This document shows, in pieces, positions 1-9,224 of a stretch of DNA of 53,742 bases; position 1 is the first letter of the stretch, and every line of letters starts with the position of its first letter. The position numbers and the translations under genes are program-made. The notes below the pieces were generated by a model, which made no database searches, was not told the origin of the DNA, and saw only the letters and a list, made by a program, of their open reading frames with translations. The stretch is from Myxococcota bacterium (GTDB taxonomy: Bacteria; Myxococcota_A; UBA796): contig JBCBLB010000001.1 of assembly GCA_038520555.1 (NCBI GenBank), positions 1 through 53,742 of the forward strand, given 5' to 3'.

Positions 1-2
1 CC

Positions 3-1892
3 ACCGACTTCGACGCGCTCTCGGCGACGGTGACCGACGTCGACACCCGGCTCATCGCGGTCGAAGCCGACTACCTCAGCGGCGTGGACCTCGACGGCGT
101 CGCCACGGAAGCCTGGGTCACCGCGCAAGGCTACGCCGCCGCCGCCGATCTGACCGCCCTCGACGGACGGGTCGCCACGATTGAAGCCGACTACCTCGTC
201 GCAGCCAGCCTCACCGGCTACGTCCAGCAGGCCGCTCTCGACACCGTCTCTGCGGCAGCCGCGGCCAACACAGCCGACATCGCCGCCATCGAGGTCGACT
301 ATCTGACCTCGGCAGATGAGGCGACGCTCAACGCCGCCATCACCGCGATCTCTGATGACTACCTGACCGACGCCGACAAGACCGAGCTGTCCGACGCGAT
401 CGATGCCATCGAGGCCGACTACGCCACCGCCGCAGACCTCGATGCGGTCACCAGCCGCGTCACCACCGTCGAAGACGACTACCTGACCGACGCCGACAAG
501 ACAGCACTCAGCGACGCCATCGCGGCCGTCGACGCACGGTTCGATGGCTACGCCACCACCATCGCTACCGACGCCATCGACGGACGCGTCACCAATATCG
601 AGCGCGACTACCTCACCGCATCATCGCTTGACCCCTACGCGACCACCACGGCGCTCACCACCGTCTCTGACGCCGTCGACGCCATCGAAGACGACTACCT
701 CACCAGCGCCGACCAGCGCGCGCTCCGTCAGGAGATCGCCGATGTCGAAGATCAGCTCGATGGCTTCGCCACCGTTGCCATCACGGATGCCCTCAACGGA
801 CGCGTCTCCGACATCGAAGCCGATTACCTGACCTCCGCCGATGAGGGCACGCTCAACGCGGCGATCGACGCTGTTGAGGCCCAGCTCACCGGCTACGCCA
901 CCATCACGACGACCGATGACCTCGACCTCCGGTTGCAGGTCATCGAAGGCGATTACCTCACCACGTTCGATCAGGACACGCTCCAGTCGCAGATCGACCT
1001 CAACGTCGATCTGATCTCAACCAACACCGATGGGATCATCGCGAACGGCGATGCGCTCAACGTCATCGAGGGCGATTACCTGACGTCTGCGGACGCTGCG
1101 CCGAGCGTCCTGTTTGACTTCGCCGACTACCTGTCCATCGACACCACGACCGATGCCATCGCGCTGTTCGGGGCCAACCTGTTCATCCAGAACGGCAACG
1201 GCTCCACCAACGCGACGGGCAACGGCCTGGGCAACCTGTTCGTCGGCTACAACAGCACCACGCTGTCGCCCAGGCAGAGCGGAAGCCACAACCTGATCGT
1301 CGGCGATGAGCACGCCTTCACCAGCTATGGCGCGATCATCGGCGGCTACAACAACACCGTCACCGCGATCCACGCCTCGGTCCTGGGCGGGGTGCGAAAC
1401 ACCGCCAGCGCCACCTCTGCCGCCATCGTCGGCGGCGATGACAACCACGCCAGCGGGCTGTCATCGGCCATCCTCGGCGGCACCCAGAACCTCGCGTCGG
1501 GCTTCGCCTCCCACATCACCGGCGGCTTCAGCAACACCGCCAGCGGCTTATACAGCGCAGTCCTCGGCGGCTCCAGCAACAACGCCAGCGGATCGTCTGC
1601 CACCATCATCAGCGGCTTCAACAACAGGGCCTCGGGAGACTATGCGGTCGCCGTCGGCCCCTGGTTCTCCACCGCCAGCGGGGACGCCAGCGTTATCGTC
1701 GCGGGCGACCGGCACACCGCCAGCGGAGAATCCAGCCTCGTCCTCAGCGGCGACAGCAACGACGTCACCGCCCAATACGCCGCCATCACCGGCGGCGCCA
1801 GCAACACCGCCGATGGCGAGGGCTCGGTCGTCCTCGGCGGCGAACTTCAAACCGCCGCCTCCACCGACACCTACGACGTCATCTCTCCCTGA
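3..1892 (+). CDS. Fibre/adhesin-like repeat protein, 5'-truncated by the window edge. It has periodic xDYL(T/S) repeats followed by YadA-head-like GGxxNxASG repeats.
   Basis: The frame is open from the window edge (codons 3-29 read TDFDALSAT in the same repeat style) to TGA at 1890-1892. About 11 copies of (E/D)xDYL(T/S)xxD occur ~20 or ~40 aa apart (IEADYLTSADE, VEDDYLTDADK). From ~aa 400 there are serial units such as SAILGGTQNLASG and SAVLGGSSNNASG, typical of Hep_Hag/YadA-head beta-rolls. There is no C-terminal membrane anchor. Confidence 0.85.
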   Translation, partial: TDFDALSATVTDVDTRLIAVEADYLSGVDLDGVATEAWVTAQGYAAAADLTALDGRVATIEADYLVAASLTGYVQQAALDTVSAAAAANTADIAAIEVDYLTSADEATLNAAITAISDDYLTDADKTELSDAIDAIEADYATAADLDAVTSRVTTVEDDYLTDADKTALSDAIAAVDARFDGYATTIATDAIDGRVTNIERDYLTASSLDPYATTTALTTVSDAVDAIEDDYLTSADQRALRQEIADVEDQLDGFATVAITDALNGRVSDIEADYLTSADEGTLNAAIDAVEAQLTGYATITTTDDLDLRLQVIEGDYLTTFDQDTLQSQIDLNVDLISTNTDGIIANGDALNVIEGDYLTSADAAPSVLFDFADYLSIDTTTDAIALFGANLFIQNGNGSTNATGNGLGNLFVGYNSTTLSPRQSGSHNLIVGDEHAFTSYGAIIGGYNNTVTAIHASVLGGVRNTASATSAAIVGGDDNHASGLSSAILGGTQNLASGFASHITGGFSNTASGLYSAVLGGSSNNASGSSATIISGFNNRASGDYAVAVGPWFSTASGDASVIVAGDRHTASGESSLVLSGDSNDVTAQYAAITGGASNTADGEGSVVLGGELQTAASTDTYDVISP

Positions 1893-1905
1893 CACAACAA
1901 CCCGT

Positions 1906-1935
1906 TGCCCCCCGATCCATCTGGATCGGGGGGCA
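1906..1935. terminator. Bidirectional GC-rich hairpin between convergent genes
   Basis: Perfect inverted repeat CCCCCCGATCC / GGATCGGGGGG (1908-1918 / 1923-1933, 4-nt loop), extendable to 1906-1935. It sits between the stop at 1892 (+) and the stop at 1955 (-). Confidence 0.7.
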
Positions 1936-1954
1936 GGGTTGCGGGCCGCGTGGC

Positions 1955-3223
1955 TCAGCTCTTGATCTGGTGGCGGGCTTTCCGGAACTCGTCTTCCCAG
2001 TTGACGTGCCCGGTGAGCTGCATGAGCACGAACAGGGTGAGGACGCTGAGGATGGTGACCGTCAGCCCGGTGTACCCCTCCCAGAAGTGCGCGAGGCTGA
2101 AGCCGACGAGATAGATGAGCTGCGCAGCGGCGACGGGGCCGAAGGCGAAGCGGTCCGAGACGACCAGCCGCAGGTAGCTGACGACCAGGACGACGCTGGC
2201 GACGCTGGCGAGGGCGAAGGCCGCCTCGACGGGCAGGTGATCCGCCGAGTACCCGAACAGCAGGTGGAAGGCAAAGAACGCGCCGGCGACCATCATATAG
2301 TTGATCGGATGCAGGTCGATCTGACGGAGCACCGAGAGCACGAACAGGATGAGGAAGAAGAACCCCAGCGAGATGGGCGCCGAGAAGGCCATATACTCAG
2401 CGAGAGGGCCGGGCTGGACGCGCTCTGGCATGACCATGCCGATGCTATGGCCGGTGATGACCCGGTCGAAGTCCCAGGACAGCCGCCAGCCCTCGCCCTG
2501 CCGCTCTTTGCCAGATGGGGAGAGGGCATACGCAGGGAAGTCGATGTCTTCGAAGTCCGTGTCCATCGTCAGCGAGAACTGGTTCAGGGCTGCGACGCCG
2601 TCGAGGGGAACATAGCTCCACTCGCCCATCCCCCGCGAGCGGTAGCCGACGCTGACGGTGACCTCCTGGCCCGGCGCGACCGGGACGACGCCGACGACCT
2701 GTCCGCCCTGCGGCTGGAGGTTCGGATCGACCGCGCCGTCGATGGCGAAGCGGAAGTCATCATACAACCCCGAGGTGTTGGGGAACGGGAACGCGATCAT
2801 CAGCTCCCCGGACTGCGGCTGCCGATGGGTGTAGGTGTACGCTGCCTGGAAGGAGACGTCGTAGAGCGGGAACCACAACAGCCCCTTCCGCCGCTGGTCG
2901 AGATCGATCTGAACGTCGATGTCGGAGCTGGCGAGGTGGACGCTCTCGGTGTAGGTGTCGGTGACCGTCTTCTGCTTCTCGACGACCTGCCCGGTCTCGG
3001 TGTCTTTGACCTTCTCAATGACCTGGCGATCGACCGTCCACTCGAAGACCATCCCGGGGGCCTGCTGCTGCTGCGCTGCCCCCCACAGATCGGCGACTTT
3101 CCCGTCGAGGGCTCGCTCCTGGGCGTAGGTGCGCTCTCCCATGACCCCACCGAGGGTCAACCAGCCGATGCTGGTAATTCCCCAGATCAGGCCCAACCAG
3201 AAGAGACGAAAGAACAGACGCAT
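1955..3223 (-). CDS. creD: CreD-like inner-membrane (cell-envelope integrity) protein
   Basis: The ORF spans 1955..3277. The best start is ATG 3223, with GGAGG 5 nt upstream. It has an N-terminal TM helix, a ~270-aa periplasmic domain and five C-terminal TM helices. The segment LHPINYMMVAG...SADH parallels LHPMQYLLVG...SEH of E. coli CreD. Confidence 0.65.
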   Translation of the reverse strand: MRLFFRLFWLGLIWGITSIGWLTLGGVMGERTYAQERALDGKVADLWGAAQQQQAPGMVFEWTVDRQVIEKVKDTETGQVVEKQKTVTDTYTESVHLASSDIDVQIDLDQRRKGLLWFPLYDVSFQAAYTYTHRQPQSGELMIAFPFPNTSGLYDDFRFAIDGAVDPNLQPQGGQVVGVVPVAPGQEVTVSVGYRSRGMGEWSYVPLDGVAALNQFSLTMDTDFEDIDFPAYALSPSGKERQGEGWRLSWDFDRVITGHSIGMVMPERVQPGPLAEYMAFSAPISLGFFFLILFVLSVLRQIDLHPINYMMVAGAFFAFHLLFGYSADHLPVEAAFALASVASVVLVVSYLRLVVSDRFAFGPVAAAQLIYLVGFSLAHFWEGYTGLTVTILSVLTLFVLMQLTGHVNWEDEFRKARHQIKS

Positions 3224-3351
3224 ACAGACCTCCGCGATGGTGATGAGGGATGGAGCTGTTGCAAGCCCTGTTCCCACATCGCCCCGGATAAAGCCAAGGT
3301 TTAACGGATCAGATCTATTGATTAGAGGATCGAAATCTACCGATCATAGAT

Positions 3352-4101
3352 TCAGGACTTCTGGAAGCGGGCCCGAATCTCATATGGCAGATGATGAGAA
3401 TAAAACAGGTCCCGATTTCCTTTTCGCCCGATGGGACACTGATCGAGGCTAAAGAACTGGAGCGCCCGAAGGTTGGGCGAGGCGGCGAGGCGGCGGGCGC
3501 CGTCGGCGGCGATCTGGTTTCCAGAGAGGTCGAGGTGTCGGAGCGCCCGGAGGTGCCGCGAGGTGGCGACGCAGACGGCGCTCTTATCGGAGAGCCCGTT
3601 GTCTGCGAGGTCGAGGTGCCGCAGCGCCTTTGCGCGGACGTTGGCGGCGAGGACGGTGACCACGCTGTCGGTGAGCTGGCACTGGCGCAGGGTGAGGGCC
3701 CGGAGGGCGGGGAGCTGATCGGCGTCAAGGAGCGCCATGGCGCCGGCATAGCCGAGGGGATTGCCGATGAGGTGCAGGGCGGTGAGCCGGCGCAGCTGAC
3801 CGGTCGCGGCGATGAGATTGGCGACGTTGACGTCAACGTCGGCGCGTTCGAGCCGTAGCACCCGCACATTCGCAAGCTCTGGCGCATGCAGCACGTTGGC
3901 CCATTCCTGAAGTTCGAGAGGGGCATCAATCACCAGCGCCCGGGCCAGTCGCATCCGCGGCGCGGGCCGTCCGGCGCGCATGGGCGCCCACCAGGGCGCC
4001 GGCGCGATGCGCGAAGCGTCGATGAACCGGTCTGCGTCTGCCTCAGCGGCATCGTCCGCGTCGATCCGGGCGCAGAACGCGGGCCAGCCGCTGTCGGTCA
4101 C
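3352..4101 (-). CDS. Ribonuclease-inhibitor-type leucine-rich-repeat protein
   Basis: ~28-aa RNI-like repeats are present (LRHLDLADNGLSDKSAVCVA, LRHLDLSGNQIAADGARRLA). The ORF reaches 4203, but GTG 4101 overlaps the upstream stop as GTGA (4098-4101), suggesting coupling. The start is uncertain; ATG at Met75 is an alternative. Confidence 0.7.
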   Translation of the reverse strand: MTDSGWPAFCARIDADDAAEADADRFIDASRIAPAPWWAPMRAGRPAPRMRLARALVIDAPLELQEWANVLHAPELANVRVLRLERADVDVNVANLIAATGQLRRLTALHLIGNPLGYAGAMALLDADQLPALRALTLRQCQLTDSVVTVLAANVRAKALRHLDLADNGLSDKSAVCVATSRHLRALRHLDLSGNQIAADGARRLAASPNLRALQFFSLDQCPIGRKGNRDLFYSHHLPYEIRARFQKS

Positions 4102-5615
4102 GACCGGCTCTCGAACCAGTCGCGGAACATGGGGACGAGGGCGAGCAGGAACAGGGGAATCACCAGCCAATACAGCTGCAGCGCCGGGTGCTGATATGGC
4201 CACCAGCGGCGGTAGCGGCTCATGAAGCTGAGCACCATCGGGTGCGCGTCGCTGTCGAGCACTTCAAACGTGGTCATGCTCTGCTGGAAGGTCTCCAACA
4301 ACGCCCCTTCCCCTTCACCGGCGACGGCGATGCAGTTCAGCCCCAGGTTGTCCCAGGCGGTGTAGAACGCCGCGACGGTGACGTCTTCCGCCTCTTCATC
4401 TTCGCCCCGCTTCCCAGACACCGTCCAGGCGTAGCCGTCGCGGTTGGGGAGGCTGACCATCGACAGCTCGCCCATCTCATCGTCGTCAATGAAGATCGGC
4501 TCGATGAGCATCGGTACGCTGATCCGAACGGTCTCTTCGACACCGCCGCTGGTGAGCTTGAAGCTCTTGCCCTTCAGCGAGGCGCGGACGTGGGTGCGGA
4601 AGTTGTCACCGTGAACCGAAGACTTGCCCGGGTCGAGCACTTCGATCGGGCGGCCGGAGGTGGCGTAGACCTGGCAGGTGAAGCCATGGACCGGCGACAA
4701 CGTGGCGGGATCGACGAAGATCCGCGCGGCCCGTCGGCCTTCGTACGGCCCATCAGAGACCCGCTCCGGGGCGAAGAAGTTCATCTCCTTGTCGGTGAGC
4801 GCCCGCCAGCCCTGGGGGATCTCAAGCGCGTAGCCGCAGTCGGCCTCATACCGGCCGACCGGCAGGTCTTCTTCGGCGGTCACCTCGCGCTCCATCGTGG
4901 CCATCCCCAGCACGGTCTCCATCGCCGCAGCGACGTCTGCTACGCCCCCCTCTGCGTCGGGCTCAAGGGCCAGGGCCGCGGCGCGCGCCTCCTCATCGAA
5001 GGGCAAGGCCGCGGCGGCCACGACGTAGCCGATCCCCCCTTCGGCCGGGTATAGCGCCGCGCGCTGCTTGAGGATGATCGGCTGAGGGGCAGCGACCGCC
5101 TCTTCCGGCATCGCTTCCTCTTCGAGGTCGCCGCCTTCGACCACCGGGGCGTCGACTTCAGGCGCTGCGGTGGGCTCCAGGGTCGCGAGGAAGTCGACGA
5201 ACAGGACATCACCGAGGACCGGGTGATCCGCCTGCGTCGACAGGGTGACCCCAGAGAACGTCTCCGGCGCGCGATCGAGGCGGGCGGCGAGGAACGCCTG
5301 GGCCTGCTCGACGGTGATGGCCGAAATGTCCGGTTGGAACAGCTCCCACCAGCCGAAGCCCACCGAGACCGCCGGCGGCGCGTAGCGGTACAGGGACATC
5401 TCCACACCCGGCTCGGTCACCGGCGCGAACGTCCACTCCGCCGCGCCGCGCGCGTCGCGGGGGATCTTCAGGACGATGGGCGTGTCATCGATGCGAACTT
5501 CGAGCGGCTCCATGGCGTCGTCTTGCGCATGGGCGGCGCTCATCAGTCCAATGCAGAGTGCAGACAGGATCACAGCGGTTCCTCGTTGCCTTATACGTCG
5601 CCAGGGTGAGCGCAT
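4098..5615 (-). CDS. Secreted hypothetical protein with a C-terminal membrane anchor
   Basis: ATG start at 5615. It has a signal peptide (AVILSALCIGLMSAAHAQDD), an acidic A/E/P-rich linker and a C-terminal TM helix (LQLYWLVIPLFLLALVPMF). The composition is protein-like, whereas the antisense ORF is R/P-rich. Confidence 0.75.
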   Translation of the reverse strand: MRSPWRRIRQRGTAVILSALCIGLMSAAHAQDDAMEPLEVRIDDTPIVLKIPRDARGAAEWTFAPVTEPGVEMSLYRYAPPAVSVGFGWWELFQPDISAITVEQAQAFLAARLDRAPETFSGVTLSTQADHPVLGDVLFVDFLATLEPTAAPEVDAPVVEGGDLEEEAMPEEAVAAPQPIILKQRAALYPAEGGIGYVVAAAALPFDEEARAAALALEPDAEGGVADVAAAMETVLGMATMEREVTAEEDLPVGRYEADCGYALEIPQGWRALTDKEMNFFAPERVSDGPYEGRRAARIFVDPATLSPVHGFTCQVYATSGRPIEVLDPGKSSVHGDNFRTHVRASLKGKSFKLTSGGVEETVRISVPMLIEPIFIDDDEMGELSMVSLPNRDGYAWTVSGKRGEDEEAEDVTVAAFYTAWDNLGLNCIAVAGEGEGALLETFQQSMTTFEVLDSDAHPMVLSFMSRYRRWWPYQHPALQLYWLVIPLFLLALVPMFRDWFESRS

Positions 5616-5644
5616 CGCAGATGGTGCGCGCGCAGCTACGTGTT

Positions 5645-6700
5645 CTATTCTTCGATCAGCGCCTGTGCCAGTCGCGGCAGACTGACATCGTAGCGATAGC
5701 TGGTGCCTCGGTGGCCGCCTGGAAACTCTTCGTAAACATGCGGCACGTCGTGCGCCTTCAGTTTGGCGACCAGCCGCCGGGCCCCCAGGTGAAGGTGGTA
5801 TTCGTCCCGATCCCCCGCATCGATGAACAGCAGCCGGAGCGCGCGAAGCGCCGACTGAACCGCGGGATCGTCGACGCGAACCACGGGGTCAAAGGTCTGC
5901 CAGGATCGCAGCACAGAATAATCGATGACGCCCGTCTCCCAGTCCACCGGCAGCCGCGCAGGGAAGTCGGTCCGGCTCGGATCGGGCGAGTATGCCGCCG
6001 CCATACACAACAGGTTCATCCCAGCAAACATGGCGCTGGAAGGACGGCGACTCTTCCAGAACGCCTTCACCAACGCCTGCGGCCCGCCTGCGGCCCGGAT
6101 CCCCGCCAACCCCTTCGGAAGATCGCCCAGATAACAAAGGTCAAACCCCATGTCCCCAGCATGGCAAGCCAACGCCGCGAAGGTGCCCGGGTACGACATG
6201 CTCAGACTGAGCGCACCAAAGCCCCCGCTCGAGCGACCCGTCACCGCCCACCGCCCGCTCGTCCGGAACCGACCGTTGACGAAGGGGATCACCTCTTTCA
6301 CCAGATAGGTCGCGTAGTTGCCAATCGACGGGGAGTCCATATACTGGCTGCCCACCAGGGTGCTCATCACGTCTGGAAGCACCACGATCGCTTTTGGGCA
6401 GGGCTCGATATCGTCACCCGATTCATCGTAGCCGTTGATCAAGCGATCCATGCGGCTGGCGACGCTCACCTCAGACAGACCACGGGCGAGCATCCCCTCA
6501 CCGGTGCCGGCGAACCCGGCCAGCATCAGGATGACGGGATACCGCATGCCATCGGTCTCATAGCCTGGGGGCGTATACACATACAGATCCCGATGGCTGG
6601 GGTCACCCCACGGGTTGTCACGGAGCGCTTGAGAGCTGACATCAAGGCAGCGGATGCTGCCCCGAAGAAACGGCGGAAGGTTCGGGAACGGGCTCGGCAT
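5645..6700 (-). CDS. Alpha/beta-hydrolase of the 'putative esterase' (enterochelin-esterase-like) family
   Basis: ATG start at 6700. Motifs include YVYTPPGYE...YPVILMLAGF, the nucleophile elbow GRSSGG, and a C-terminal FIDAGDRDE...GGH arrangement typical of esterase family PF00756. Confidence 0.75.
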   Translation of the reverse strand: MPSPFPNLPPFLRGSIRCLDVSSQALRDNPWGDPSHRDLYVYTPPGYETDGMRYPVILMLAGFAGTGEGMLARGLSEVSVASRMDRLINGYDESGDDIEPCPKAIVVLPDVMSTLVGSQYMDSPSIGNYATYLVKEVIPFVNGRFRTSGRWAVTGRSSGGFGALSLSMSYPGTFAALACHAGDMGFDLCYLGDLPKGLAGIRAAGGPQALVKAFWKSRRPSSAMFAGMNLLCMAAAYSPDPSRTDFPARLPVDWETGVIDYSVLRSWQTFDPVVRVDDPAVQSALRALRLLFIDAGDRDEYHLHLGARRLVAKLKAHDVPHVYEEFPGGHRGTSYRYDVSLPRLAQALIEE

Positions 6701-6717
6701 TGACCGACATTAACCCA

Positions 6718-9054
6718 TCACGCCCGCCACTTCCGAACCGTCTCCATCAGCGCCCGGCCATACTTCTGCATTCGCCGCGGACCCATCCCATGGATCTTGA
6801 GCATCGCCCCCCGCGTCGTCGGCCGATGAATCGCAATTTCACGCAGGGTGCGATCGTGGGCGATCACATACGGCGGCACGTCGTTGGTGTCTGCCAGCCG
6901 CATCCGGGTGGTCCGCAAGGCGTTCAACAGGTCAGGGTGGATGTCATCGCTGGCAGACTTCGCCGCCGGCCGCCGCCGGGACAGGCGGGTGTTGCGGGGA
7001 AACACCATCTGAAAATCCGCCGCCTGCTGCTTCATCACCGCCCACCCCAGCTCACTCAGGGTGTACTCACCATACGTCCGCTCACGTCCGTTGATCTCGC
7101 GGGTCTGGAACACCTCTTCGATCGCGCCAGCGTGCTTCAGCTCCGTCAGCAGATCCCGAATCTCCCGCATCGACCAGACGTCCAGAATGCCATACGTCGA
7201 CAGCTTGTCGAACCGGAACTGTGTCACCGACTTATGAGACGAGCCGGTCACCACACGGCCGATCATGTTCGCAGAGAACGGCCGGCCCATCCGCGCCATA
7301 CATGCCAACAATTTGCGAACCACCAGCTCCTGATCCGGGGAGAGCGCCCGGGGCGTCTTGCTCCATGCCTGCCCTTCACGGCAGACGTCACAGGTCCCAC
7401 ACCGCTCATACGGCGGCGTCTGGCCGAAGTACTCCATCAAATACCGACGCCGACAGGTCGACCGTGCATAGCCGACCATCTGGGTCAGCTTGCCGTACTC
7501 CCGCTCACGGCGACGCTTCATCTCGTCTTCATCGAGCCGAAGCGACTCATCCGGGCGAAGCAGCTCCACACCGCCCACCCGCTCCGCCGGACGCCACTCG
7601 AGCAGCTGCCGCTCTTCCAGCCCCCGGAGCGCCGCCAACACCTGATCCCGGGTCACCTCCAGATCACGGGCCGCCCGATCGGGACGAATCGAAATCCGAC
7701 GCACCGTCCCAACCGGCTGGTTGTAACGGTGCGCCATCACCGCAAGCTCCTGGTTGACCCACTCCAGCACGTCGTGACGGATCCCCGCAGTGGTCGCGTG
7801 CTCTGCGTTGGGGGTCAGGATCACCTCACCCGCACGCTCGCTCGCCGAGATCCGGCGGATATACCCCTCACGACGCAACACGGTCAGACAGCTGCTCGCC
7901 TCACGCTCGTCGCTGTCATCAGGCAACGCCTTCGCCAGCGTCTCCAAGTCAACAAAGAGCGGATTGCTACGCTCTGCCAACAACCGGTTCCAGATCCGGT
8001 GCACATGATCGGCGGACGGATGGCTGGATCGAATGAAGAAGTCGTGCACCCGGCGATCGCCCTCACGAAACAACAACACCACACGGCTGGGCTTGCCGTC
8101 CCGCCCCGCTCGCCCGATCTCCTGGTAGTACGCTTCGACCGTGCCAGGCATCTCCCAGTGGATGATCGTGCGGATGTCTTCCTTATCCACACCCATCCCG
8201 AACGCATTGGTGGCCACCACCACCCGATGCCGGCCAGACATGAAGCCATCCTGAACCGCGATCCGATCGGCGTGATCCATCTTGCCATGGTACATCCGCG
8301 CGTCGACGCCGCCTTCTTGAAGCTTCGCCGCCACCTTCTGCACGCTGCGGACTGTCGCGCAGTACACCAACGACGGCCCCGGACGCACCAGCTCCAGCAA
8401 CGTATCCACTTTGTCCGACTGCTTCGGCGCGTCGATGACTTCCAGGTTGAGGTTGTGCCGATCAAAGCCCAGAACAAACCGCCTCGCGCCCGGGATGCCC
8501 AGCGTCTTCAGGATGTCGTCCTGAACCACTGGCGTCGCCGTCGCCGTCAACGCCACCGTCGGGACATCGTTCAGCGCCCGCCGAACCCGCCCAAGCCGCA
8601 GGTAGTCCGGCCGAAAATCGTGCCCCCACTGCGACAGACAGTGCGCCTCATCGATGGCCAGCAGCCGAATGTCCGCCCCGCGAATCTGATTCAAAAACCG
8701 GGGCGAAAACCGCTCAGGAGCCACATACACCAGCTCCCATGCACCATTGATAAGCTCCTGAATTCGCTGACGCCGCTGCGCAGTCGTCAGCGATGAGTTG
8801 ATGAACGTCGCCCGGACGTTCTTCGCCAACAAACCATCCACCTGATCCTTCATCAGGCTCAACAACGGAGACACCACCAATGTGGTCCCCCCACGGGCCA
8901 ACGCAGGCATCTGATAACAAAGCGACTTCCCAGCACCGGTGGGCATCACCACAAGCGCATCGCGACCAGCCGCGACATGAGCGACGATTTCGCGCTGGCC
9001 GCCGCGAAATCCCGGAAAACCAAAGCGGGTCTGGAGCAGATCTTCGAGGTTCAT
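6718..9054 (-). CDS. recQ: ATP-dependent DNA helicase RecQ
   Basis: FGFPGFRGGQREIV and MPTGAGKS (Walker A) are present. The DEAH box is LAIDEAHCLSQWGHDFRPDY. Zn-binding cysteines are CRRRYLMEYFG..CGTCDVC. A C-terminal HRDC domain is present (PPYVIAHDRTLREIA). The start is taken at ATG 9054 (MNLEDLLQ) rather than the GTG at 9159. Confidence 0.92.
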   Translation of the reverse strand: MNLEDLLQTRFGFPGFRGGQREIVAHVAAGRDALVVMPTGAGKSLCYQMPALARGGTTLVVSPLLSLMKDQVDGLLAKNVRATFINSSLTTAQRRQRIQELINGAWELVYVAPERFSPRFLNQIRGADIRLLAIDEAHCLSQWGHDFRPDYLRLGRVRRALNDVPTVALTATATPVVQDDILKTLGIPGARRFVLGFDRHNLNLEVIDAPKQSDKVDTLLELVRPGPSLVYCATVRSVQKVAAKLQEGGVDARMYHGKMDHADRIAVQDGFMSGRHRVVVATNAFGMGVDKEDIRTIIHWEMPGTVEAYYQEIGRAGRDGKPSRVVLLFREGDRRVHDFFIRSSHPSADHVHRIWNRLLAERSNPLFVDLETLAKALPDDSDEREASSCLTVLRREGYIRRISASERAGEVILTPNAEHATTAGIRHDVLEWVNQELAVMAHRYNQPVGTVRRISIRPDRAARDLEVTRDQVLAALRGLEERQLLEWRPAERVGGVELLRPDESLRLDEDEMKRRREREYGKLTQMVGYARSTCRRRYLMEYFGQTPPYERCGTCDVCREGQAWSKTPRALSPDQELVVRKLLACMARMGRPFSANMIGRVVTGSSHKSVTQFRFDKLSTYGILDVWSMREIRDLLTELKHAGAIEEVFQTREINGRERTYGEYTLSELGWAVMKQQAADFQMVFPRNTRLSRRRPAAKSASDDIHPDLLNALRTTRMRLADTNDVPPYVIAHDRTLREIAIHRPTTRGAMLKIHGMGPRRMQKYGRALMETVRKWRA

Positions 9055-9224
9055 CTCCGCGAACTGTATCGCCTCTGAACCCTCCTGCCCTCCTGATTTC
9101 CGGACAATAAATGTCCAATTAAACCACCAGCTCGAATGCCAACCATAGAGAGCCACCACAGCATCGCCATCCTCCTGCGGTACACTGCCTCGACACCGAC
9201 ACCCCTGACAGAACAGGAGAAAGG

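Noticed and set aside
1970-3304. Long antisense or alternative-frame ORFs throughout the track. Examples are 1970..3304, 5558..6703, 6700..8796, 12879..13493, 13452..14402, 16403..18544, 19011..20081, 22677..23909, 25078..26316, 26705..27475, 27789..28643, 42795..43841, 47379..48464 and 50896..52398.
   Set aside because: They lie opposite to, or out of frame with, genes that carry clear family motifs. They are Arg/Pro/His/Gly-rich, as expected for shadow ORFs in high-G+C DNA. They also lack SD sequences.
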